Shown here: piece after piece, positions 1-7,527 of the stretch
How the letters are laid out: every line of letters begins with the position of its first letter
Numbering within the stretch: the stretch's first letter is position 1
IMG/VR virus record: IMGVR_UViG_3300022752_000098
Coordinates: 1-53,354 of that record
DNA from: a virus
Lineage: Duplodnaviria; Caudoviricetes
DNA length: 53,354 nt
Strand: one strand, 5' to 3'
Made by a program: the position numbers and the translations under genes
Notes under the pieces: model-generated
The model's input: the letters and a program-made list of their open reading frames with translations, nothing else
Databases searched by the model: none
What the model was told of the DNA's origin: nothing

Positions 1-1
1 T

Positions 2-802
2 TGGTATTCATTGATTTTAAACTCTACAGGCGGATCCAATACTGCTTCTGGTGTATTTTCAATGTACAGTAACACAACTGGTAGTAGCAATACAGCATAC
101 GGTTATCAGTCTTTATATACCAACACTGTAAACGGAAATAACACGGCAATTGGTCGTTCAGCATTACAAAATAGTGATGCGGCTGATAATACGGCGTTGG
201 GACATAGTGCTGGATTAGCTGTTACAAGCGGTCAACAAAATACACTGATTGGTCGAGCCGCGGGAAATTCAGGCACGAACAACCTGACAACTGGCTCCAA
301 CAACATTCTGCTTGGCTATAACTCTGAGGCATCTTCTGCCACAGTCAGCAACGAAGTCACAATCGGTAACACTTCTATTACCAGCACGCGCTTGCGTGGC
401 GTTGTTGAACACAACATGGCTATCTTTGAGCAAGCCACTATTTCCGCAACTGCGGCAACAGGAACAATTGCTTATTACGCCCGTAGCCAATCAGTTCTGT
501 ACTACACATCCAATGCTTCTGCAAACTGGACAGTTAACTTAACTGGTGCATCAGGCGTTACTTTGAACAGCATTATGCAAACAGGTCAATCAATGACTGT
601 TGCGTTCTTGGTTACTCAAGGTTCAACTGCTTATTACAACAGCGCAGTTCAAGTAGATGGGTCTTCTGTTACACCTAAGTGGCAAGGTGGTACTGCACCT
701 AGCGCTGGTAACGCAAGTTCTGTTGATACTTATGTCTATACTGTGATTAAAACTGGTAGTGCGGCATTCACTGTGTTGGCTTCACAAACCAAGTTTGCAT
801 AA
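2..802 (+). CDS. Tail fibre/spike protein, 5'-truncated (beta-helix NTAxG repeats plus C-terminal module)
   Basis: Frame is open from the window start; repeated NTAxGxxAL units; C-terminal YYTSNA..W.VN..V.PKWQGG.AP module also begins in the last ORF of the window. Confidence 0.75.
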   Translation, partial: WYSLILNSTGGSNTASGVFSMYSNTTGSSNTAYGYQSLYTNTVNGNNTAIGRSALQNSDAADNTALGHSAGLAVTSGQQNTLIGRAAGNSGTNNLTTGSNNILLGYNSEASSATVSNEVTIGNTSITSTRLRGVVEHNMAIFEQATISATAATGTIAYYARSQSVLYYTSNASANWTVNLTGASGVTLNSIMQTGQSMTVAFLVTQGSTAYYNSAVQVDGSSVTPKWQGGTAPSAGNASSVDTYVYTVIKTGSAAFTVLASQTKFA

Positions 803-811
803 GGACTGACC

Positions 812-2713
812 ATGCCAATTATCGGTGCTAAAGGTTCCCCATCGTCAGGCGGTTTTGGGCAGTTTGCTCAGAGCGGTGCTGTCAATTACATTGAAGATGT
901 GTTTAGTACATGGCTATATAATGGCAATAGCACATCCCAGACCATCACCAATGGTATTGATTTGACAGGTAAAGGTGGGCTAGTTTGGATTAAGTATCGT
1001 AATTTTGGTGATGACCATGTTTTATTTGATACCGCTAGAGGCGCAACAAATTATCTTATTACAAACACCACAGACCCCCAATCAACAATCGCGCAATCAC
1101 TTACGTCATTTAATTCAACAGGATTTTCTCTTGGTTCGTCATCTCGAGTAAATGGAACTACCACATCTCCAGCAAACTATGTCTCATGGACATTCCGCAA
1201 GCAAGCAAAGTTTTTTGATGTTGTGACTTTTACATCTAATGGTTCTGGTGGAGGAACTTTTTCTCACAACTTGGGTTCTGTTCCCGGATGTGTAATTATG
1301 AAATCAACAGATGTGGCTAGTAGTTGGATAACATATCATCAATCTACTGGAACATCTAAATATTTAGAACTGCAAAGTTCTGCCGCACAACAAAACGCAA
1401 CAAATTGGATTAGCGTAGATAGCACAACCGTAACAGTTGCAAGCGGTTGGCTTGGGGCAAATAGGTCAATAGTTGCCTATCTTTTTGCTTCCAACGCAGG
1501 AGGCTTTGGTCTGACTGGTACAGACAATGTTATTTCGTGTGGGTCGTTTACTACTAACGGCTCTGGAAATGTATCTCAAGTTAGCCTTGGTTACGAGCCT
1601 CAATGGGTTTTATACAAAACAACAGATGTAGCGGACAACTGGCGACTTGTTGATTCAATGCGTGGTATGCCAGTAACCGCACCTACTGGAGAGCCTGTAT
1701 TAAAACCAAATTTGTCTGACGCAGAACAGGCAGATGCTGGTGTTGTTGTTCCCAATGCAACTGGTTTTTCTATCAATGGTGCTTCTCCATCTTTTACATA
1801 CATCTACATAGCCATTCGTAGAGGCCCAATGAAAGTGCCTACGGATGCGACTAAGGTGTTTAAACCAGATTTTCTTTATGGAACAGATACAAATGTTCAA
1901 CGATACTTAGGTTCTGTTGCAGACTTCAACATTGTTGGTTTTAGAAATGGTAGTGCTGGTAATGCTCAACAATTTAGTTCAAGATTAACAGGTGGAAATA
2001 CTTTACAAAGTAGTTCAACTAATGCGGAAGCAGCTAATTCAATAACTTGGGATACAAATTTAGGAAGTAACCCAGGCGCTGGAACTTTAAACACAAATTT
2101 TATTAACTATGCTTTTGCACGAGCGCCCAGCTTCTTTGATGTGGTTTGCTATACAGGGAATGGGACTTATGCCGCCCGGAATCATAATCTTACTGTAGCC
2201 CCAGAACTTTCTATTACAAAACAAAGAGATGGCAGTTTTTTCTATTGGACTGTTATTTATGCAACATCTTCTACGCTGGGTAATTACCTATCTTTAAACA
2301 GAACGGATGCCGCTGGTTTTTTTGGATCAACTGGGTTTACAGCAACTCAATTTGGATTGGCTGATGACACAAATACTAAAACCTACGTTACTTACCTTTT
2401 TGCAACCTGTCCCGGCGTTTCCAAAGTAGGCTCATACACAGGCACAGGCGCAACGCAGACTATTTCTTGTGGCTTCACGGGCGGTGCAAGGTTTGTCCTC
2501 ATCAAGCGCACCGATAGCACAGGCGATTGGTATGTTTGGGACACGGCCCGTGGCATGACAGCAGGTACAGACCCATCACTGTTACTAAACTCTACAGCCG
2601 CTGAAGTAAACGCCAACAGCATCTACACAACAACTGGCGGCTTTCAAATAGTCAGCACAGCGGCTGGCATCAACGCCTCTGGCGGGACATACATTTTCCT
2701 TGCCATTTCTTGA
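812..2713 (+). CDS. Tail fibre/receptor-binding protein with internally repeated beta modules
   Basis: 633 aa, G/S/T-rich; repeated FFDVV..T.NG...HNL..P and W...D..RG units; RBS AAGGA upstream. Confidence 0.7.
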   Translation: MPIIGAKGSPSSGGFGQFAQSGAVNYIEDVFSTWLYNGNSTSQTITNGIDLTGKGGLVWIKYRNFGDDHVLFDTARGATNYLITNTTDPQSTIAQSLTSFNSTGFSLGSSSRVNGTTTSPANYVSWTFRKQAKFFDVVTFTSNGSGGGTFSHNLGSVPGCVIMKSTDVASSWITYHQSTGTSKYLELQSSAAQQNATNWISVDSTTVTVASGWLGANRSIVAYLFASNAGGFGLTGTDNVISCGSFTTNGSGNVSQVSLGYEPQWVLYKTTDVADNWRLVDSMRGMPVTAPTGEPVLKPNLSDAEQADAGVVVPNATGFSINGASPSFTYIYIAIRRGPMKVPTDATKVFKPDFLYGTDTNVQRYLGSVADFNIVGFRNGSAGNAQQFSSRLTGGNTLQSSSTNAEAANSITWDTNLGSNPGAGTLNTNFINYAFARAPSFFDVVCYTGNGTYAARNHNLTVAPELSITKQRDGSFFYWTVIYATSSTLGNYLSLNRTDAAGFFGSTGFTATQFGLADDTNTKTYVTYLFATCPGVSKVGSYTGTGATQTISCGFTGGARFVLIKRTDSTGDWYVWDTARGMTAGTDPSLLLNSTAAEVNANSIYTTTGGFQIVSTAAGINASGGTYIFLAIS

Positions 2714-2714
2714 T

Positions 2715-3242
2715 ATGACTAAAGACCCGTATCTCAAAGCGTACACGCAACAAAAATCTAACGCTAAACAGCGTGGGGTTGAGTTTGTGTTGACGTTTGA
2801 TGAATGGAAACAAATTTGGCTTTATTCGGGTAAATGGGAACAAAGAGGTCGGGGTGCAGAAAAATACTGTATGTGCCGTGTCGGTGATGCTGGTTGTTAT
2901 CAAGTAGGCAACGTGTTTATTGGTCTTGGCAAACACAATGTTCGTGACGGTAATTTAGGCAAACTTGATAGCAATGAAACCAAACGCAAAAAATCTGAGG
3001 CGTTGCGTGGTATGCCTCACCCTTGGAGTGCTGGTAAAAACAACGCTATGCACAGGCCTGAAGTGAAAGCAAAACTAAGCGCATCAATTAGTGGTTCAAA
3101 ACATTATTCTGCCAAAATGGTTGGAACGCCACATGGCATTTGGGGTTCTGCTGTTGAATGTGCAAAAGCATTGCGTATGCCAGAACCAACAGTAAACTGG
3201 CGTTGTAGGAATCAAAAATTAGGCTTTGCCTACCTTACATAA
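2715..3242 (+). mobile_element. Free-standing putative homing endonuclease (His-Me-like N-terminus, NUMOD3-type tail)
   Basis: NAKQRGVEFVLTFDEW and CMCRVGDAGCY..GNV; ETKRKKSEALRG and EVKAKLSASISG repeats; ATG 1 nt after the upstream TGA; interrupts the fibre-chaperone pair. Confidence 0.65.
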
Positions 3243-3251
3243 AGGAACATC

Positions 3252-3758
3252 ATGCAAGTAAGAATCAGAGAAACAGGCGCAGTCATGTACGAAAGTCAAT
3301 TTCGTGCATACACAAAAGCTAATGGTGGCCCATCATGGGAAACAACAACAACTGAAGTCTTAGAGGCTTTAGGTGCTGATGTAGTCTTGGAAGGCGCACA
3401 AGCAACAGGTGGGACTGTTTATCAATACTCTCAACGTGATGGCGTTGAACAGATTGATGGCAAGTGGTACACAAAGTATATTCTTGGCCCAGTGTTCACA
3501 GACCGCGCCGCATCAGAAGGCCAGCCTGCCCAGACAGCCGCCGAGCAGGAAACTGCTTACAAGGCAATGAAGGACGCAGAGCAAGCTACATCTGTACGCA
3601 ACCAGCGTACCCAACTGCTCAAAGACTGCGACTGGACACAGATTGCCGACAGCACCGCAGATAAAACTGCATGGGCAACATACCGCCAAGCTTTGCGCGA
3701 CATCACCACGCAGGCAGGCTTTCCTTGGACTATCATTTGGCCAACACAACCGGAGTAA
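3252..3758 (+). CDS. Tail fibre assembly chaperone-like protein
   Basis: C-terminal VRNQRTQLLKDCDWTQ...WATYRQALRDI..Q.GFPW...WP signature; RBS AAGGA. Confidence 0.75.
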   Translation: MQVRIRETGAVMYESQFRAYTKANGGPSWETTTTEVLEALGADVVLEGAQATGGTVYQYSQRDGVEQIDGKWYTKYILGPVFTDRAASEGQPAQTAAEQETAYKAMKDAEQATSVRNQRTQLLKDCDWTQIADSTADKTAWATYRQALRDITTQAGFPWTIIWPTQPE

Positions 3759-3761
3759 ATC

Positions 3762-3971
3762 ATGGATACACAAACACCAGAGCAAATTGCTCGACACTAC
3801 AGTGCCGCAATGGACAGCGTTAACCTCATCAACGGCGGCAAGCCTGAGCACATGAGCGACATAGACTGGGCCGATTGCTTGCGCCGCAACAAAGAGCATT
3901 TGAACATCATGTTGGCTAAAGACTTTTGGACGACGGAAGACTTGACACCACTTCGTAACGCCTCGGTATAA
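3762..3971 (+). CDS. Hypothetical protein
   Basis: 69 aa, RBS GGAG, tightly packed in the operon. Confidence 0.7.
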   Translation: MDTQTPEQIARHYSAAMDSVNLINGGKPEHMSDIDWADCLRRNKEHLNIMLAKDFWTTEDLTPLRNASV

Positions 3972-3979
3972 GGAAAAAC

Positions 3980-4135
3980 ATGAAATTGCACATTGACATT
4001 GAAGTTGTAAACCAAGTTCTTGGCTACCTTGGCACACGCCCCTATCAAGAAGTTTATGGGTTAATCCAAGCGATTCAAGAAGCCGCAAAACCACCAGAGG
4101 TTCCAAAGGTTGAAGATGGAACAAGTGGAGACTAA
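3980..4135 (+). CDS. Hypothetical protein (51 aa, not in the ORF track)
   Basis: AAGGA RBS then ATG 3980; MKLHIDIEVVNQVLGYLGTRPYQEV...; TAA at 4133-4135. Confidence 0.7.
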   Translation: MKLHIDIEVVNQVLGYLGTRPYQEVYGLIQAIQEAAKPPEVPKVEDGTSGD

Positions 4136-4310
4136 GCTTGCTGTGCATGAAGCCATCTGCTCAGAGCGCTACAACAGCATAGACCGCTCTTTGCGCGATG
4201 GGGACAAGCGCATGACCAAGATCGAATACCTCTTGTATGGGGTGATCGTCTGCGTGTTGTTTGGCCCCGGCGTCGCGGGCGAGTTCGTCAAAAAGCTTTT
4301 GGGGCTATAG
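4116..4310 (+). CDS. Small membrane protein (holin/XhlA-like candidate)
   Basis: HEAICSERY coiled segment then one hydrophobic helix (YLLYGVIVCVLFG); lies in the lysis region. Confidence 0.6.
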   Translation: MEQVETKLAVHEAICSERYNSIDRSLRDGDKRMTKIEYLLYGVIVCVLFGPGVAGEFVKKLLGL

Positions 4311-4311
4311 C

Positions 4312-4404
4312 ATGAGGGATTGGGTCGAAGCATTCATTGCGGCGACTCTTTTAATTGCGTTTGTCATCTATGGCACGTACATAATTGCATGGAGTTGGAG
4401 TTGA
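4312..4404 (+). CDS. 30-aa single-TM peptide (not in the ORF track)
   Basis: MRDWVEAFIAATLLIAFVIYGTYIIAWSWS*; fills the gap between neighbours with 1-nt spacing. Confidence 0.5.
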   Translation: MRDWVEAFIAATLLIAFVIYGTYIIAWSWS

Positions 4405-4405
4405 T

Positions 4406-4675
4406 ATGAATTGGTCAGACGCACTCAAAGCAGTAATACCTATCGTTGTCATGTCGTTGGCGTGGCTACTGGGGCAGGTCAACTCTTTCTCTGAGCGCCT
4501 GACTAAGATTGAAGGCCAGATGCCTGCTTTGATTACCAAAGAAGGCGTACCTACGGACAGCCCTATCAGCGCCGAGCGTCGCGCCATTATGAAAGAGCAA
4601 TTGATGAACCACATCAACGAGTTGCAAGTCAAAGTTCGCTTGCTTGAAGAACGTGAAAAGTTAGGGAAAAAATAA
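4406..4675 (+). CDS. Membrane-anchored coiled-coil protein (lysis-associated?)
   Basis: N-terminal TM (AVIPIVVMSLAWLLG) followed by coiled coil; TAATG overlap with the next gene. Confidence 0.6.
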   Translation: MNWSDALKAVIPIVVMSLAWLLGQVNSFSERLTKIEGQMPALITKEGVPTDSPISAERRAIMKEQLMNHINELQVKVRLLEEREKLGKK

Positions 4676-5169
4676 TGTTTGAAATCCTATCTGGCGGTAT
4701 TCTGGGATCTGTGTTTGGCGGTCTGTTCCGCCTTGCGCCCGAGGTACTAAAGTTCTTTGATAAGAAAAATGAACGTGCCCATGAGCTATTGATGTTCTCC
4801 CGCCAGTGCGAACTGGAGCAACTGCGTGGCCAGATGAAGTTAGCTGAGATTGGCGCTCAACGTGAAGCCGCTATTGACGTAGGTGTCATGGATGCGTTCA
4901 ACAACGCCATCACTCAGCAGGCCGAGATGGTCAAAGCCGCAGGCGGTTGGGTTGCTAGTCTGTCAGCATCTGTGCGTCCAGTGGTCACATATTGGGTGCT
5001 GTTTGTCTGGTCGTTTATTCACGTATGGTTTGCATGGAACGCATGGCTTGCTGGTGCGCCAGCAGTAGAAGTGTTTAAAACCATGATGACACCTGACTTC
5101 TCCGCCTTGTTGTCTGGGACAATTAACTATTGGTTCCTCGATAGAACTCTGAAGCAACGTGGGTTATGA
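4675..5169 (+). CDS. Holin candidate (GTA 3TM-holin-like)
   Basis: SVRPVVTY motif, hydrophobic helices, terminal YWFLDR; directly upstream of the lysozyme. Confidence 0.65.
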   Translation: MFEILSGGILGSVFGGLFRLAPEVLKFFDKKNERAHELLMFSRQCELEQLRGQMKLAEIGAQREAAIDVGVMDAFNNAITQQAEMVKAAGGWVASLSASVRPVVTYWVLFVWSFIHVWFAWNAWLAGAPAVEVFKTMMTPDFSALLSGTINYWFLDRTLKQRGL

Positions 5170-5606
5170 ACTTAGAGATAGCCTCAGCGCTGTGTCGCCA
5201 GTTCGAGGGCTACAAGGCTAAACCGTATTTGTGTCCTGCGGGTATTGCTACGATTGGCTATGGTTCTACCTACTACCACGATGGTCGTAAGGTAACCCTT
5301 GAAGACCCACCGATGGATGAGCCTATGGCTAGAGCGCTTTTGATGGTGGAGCTAGAGCATACGTACTTGCAGGGAGTCCTGCGGAACTGCCCCATCTTGG
5401 CAACTGACGAGCGCAAGTGCAACGCAATTGTGGACTTCTGCTACAACCTTGGCACTGGAAGACTCCAGACCTCCACCCTAAAGCGCAAGATCAACGCTCA
5501 AGACTGGGATGGGGCTAAGGAAGAGCTTATGAAGTGGAACAAAGGCGGCGGTAAGGTTCTGGCTGGTCTAACCAAGCGCAGAACGGCTGAATGCGCCTTG
5601 TTTTAA
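5166..5606 (+). CDS. Endolysin, GH24 phage lysozyme
   Basis: FEG...PYLCPAG..TIGYG catalytic motif; FCYNLG; GLTKRR.AE. Confidence 0.92.
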   Translation: MNLEIASALCRQFEGYKAKPYLCPAGIATIGYGSTYYHDGRKVTLEDPPMDEPMARALLMVELEHTYLQGVLRNCPILATDERKCNAIVDFCYNLGTGRLQTSTLKRKINAQDWDGAKEELMKWNKGGGKVLAGLTKRRTAECALF

Positions 5607-5626
5607 ATTAAAAGGCATATTAAAAT
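5598..5626 (+). promoter_or_regulatory. Putative sigma70 promoter for the tail/ejection operon
   Basis: TTGTTT-17 nt-TAAAAT upstream of a GAGGTG RBS and ATG 5654. Confidence 0.45.
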
Positions 5627-5653
5627 GCCACAACGAATCTACGAGGTGAACGC

Positions 5654-6289
5654 ATGGCGACTGCAAGTGTTATGACCTATGACAGTTTGGTCGAGAACAT
5701 CCAGTCCTATCTGGAGCGTAATGACGCCTCCACGTTGGACAAGATCCCCCTGTTTATCATGCTAGCTGAGCAGGTTATAGCCTCTCAGATCAAGTTTTTG
5801 GGCAATTTGACGGTTAACACCAGCACAATGACTGCTGGGGCTAACGTGATTGACAAGCCTGCTCGTTGGCACAAAACCGTCTCTATGAACATCACTGTAG
5901 CTGGTGAGCGCCAGCCAGTCTTTAACCGCAGGTATGAATACCTTCGTGAATACTGGCCAGACCCTGCCGCTACGGACATCCCTAAGTTTTACTGCGACTA
6001 CGACTACACCCACTGGATGGTGGCGCCTACGCCTGCCTCGGCTTACAATTTTGAGGTTTTGTATTACGAGCGCGTTCAACCTTTGGACAGCTCTAATCAG
6101 ACCAACTGGTTCACAATTTATGCGCCTCAAGCCCTGCTGTACGGCTCTTTGCTTCAGGCTATGCCATTCCTCAAGAACGATGAACGAGTACCTATGTGGC
6201 AGGCTCAGTACAAGCTAATCATGGACGTTTTAACAGCAGAAGACAAGTTGCGTCTTGCAGACCGTCAAGCAATCGCTAACGACAGCTAA
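5654..6289 (+). CDS. Tail adaptor/tubular protein A-like
   Basis: 211 aa; IPLFIMLAEQ..., P..YYERVQPL...TNW...APQALLYGSL pattern of podovirus adaptors; position. Confidence 0.65.
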   Translation: MATASVMTYDSLVENIQSYLERNDASTLDKIPLFIMLAEQVIASQIKFLGNLTVNTSTMTAGANVIDKPARWHKTVSMNITVAGERQPVFNRRYEYLREYWPDPAATDIPKFYCDYDYTHWMVAPTPASAYNFEVLYYERVQPLDSSNQTNWFTIYAPQALLYGSLLQAMPFLKNDERVPMWQAQYKLIMDVLTAEDKLRLADRQAIANDS

Positions 6290-6297
6290 GGATTAAC

Positions 6298-7527
6298 ATG
6301 AGCTACAACTCACCATTCACAGGTAACGTCATTCAACCGACGGACGTCTCTTATCGTTCTGTTACGCTGAGTGCTAACACCCAATTACAGTGGCCTATCA
6401 ACGGCAACGCCACAGATGACTATGCGGCTAGGATCATGGACGTTACCGCATCCGCGGCCAGCCTTAGCCTGTACATGCCTCCAGCGAACCAAGCCTCTGT
6501 AGGTCAAGATGCCTTGATTCGTAACGTTGGGTCTAACACTTTTACGGTCAAAGATTACGCTGGCGCAAATACGATAATCTCTATCGCCGCAGGTCAGTCT
6601 AAGTACGTTTACATCACAGCCAACCCAACAGTTACAGGGACGTGGGGCAATATTGCTTTTGGCACTGGAACTTCTTCTGCTGATGCCGCGACGTTGGCAG
6701 GCTTCGGATTGGTTGCAAGCGGTACAACACTGAACCAAAGCCACCCAGCTCAATCAATCGTGACTGGTGGAGTTTTTGCTACTACAGATAGAGCCCAGAC
6801 ATTGGTTTGGTCTGGTGGTGCTGGTACTTACACGCTCCCATCTACATCTACCCTTGGCAATAATTGGTTTGTGCTGTTTAAGAACAGCGGTACAGGTTCA
6901 ATGGTGATTTCAGCGGGTGACAACATTGACGGGGCGTCTACCAAGACGTTTGCCCCAACAGAGTCAGCATTTATTGTATGTACAGGTACAACCTACATTA
7001 CTGTGGGCTACGGTGTCAGCTCACAGTTTTTCTACACTTCATTGATTAAAGCTGTAACAACTGGTTCTTACACACTAAGTGCTAGTGAGGCGTCTAACAC
7101 CATTCAGACGTACACAGGGACGCTTACAGGCAACGTGACAGTGGTTTATCCACCTGTGGTGAACTTGTATGTGATCAAGAACTCCGTGACCGCTGGCGGC
7201 TATACGCTGACCGTAGGAACTGGTTCTGGAACATCTGTGGTTATTCCTTCTGGTCAGCAGGTGACTTTGGCTTGCGATGGTACTAACTTTTTTAACGCCA
7301 ATACATCACAAGCTGGATCAATTCTCACTGTCTCATTGTCTGATGGCACTGTCAGTGCACCTTCATTAAGCTTTGCAAGTGAGACAAACACTGGTGTTTA
7401 TCGTGCTGGAGCTGGACAATTTAACACCGCTATTTTGGGTGTTGTGAGATCTACATTGTCTGCAACAGGTTTGGCGATTGCTGGTACTGGTAACTTCACG
7501 GGTGGCGTTGCTGGGGGCACGTTCTAA
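6298..7527 (+). CDS. Virion tail protein (short fibre)
   Basis: T/G/S-rich; DGTVSAPSLSFASETNTGVY motif; ends GGTF like the 50643 protein. Confidence 0.6.
   Translation: MSYNSPFTGNVIQPTDVSYRSVTLSANTQLQWPINGNATDDYAARIMDVTASAASLSLYMPPANQASVGQDALIRNVGSNTFTVKDYAGANTIISIAAGQSKYVYITANPTVTGTWGNIAFGTGTSSADAATLAGFGLVASGTTLNQSHPAQSIVTGGVFATTDRAQTLVWSGGAGTYTLPSTSTLGNNWFVLFKNSGTGSMVISAGDNIDGASTKTFAPTESAFIVCTGTTYITVGYGVSSQFFYTSLIKAVTTGSYTLSASEASNTIQTYTGTLTGNVTVVYPPVVNLYVIKNSVTAGGYTLTVGTGSGTSVVIPSGQQVTLACDGTNFFNANTSQAGSILTVSLSDGTVSAPSLSFASETNTGVYRAGAGQFNTAILGVVRSTLSATGLAIAGTGNFTGGVAGGTF

Noticed and set aside
2700-3242. Group I intron around the endonucleases (also 49779-50294)
   Set aside because: Flanking genes are complete and there is no non-coding space for an intron core
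1-3758. Diversity-generating retroelement acting on tail fibres
   Set aside because: No reverse transcriptase and no TR/VR pair with adenine-specific differences seen
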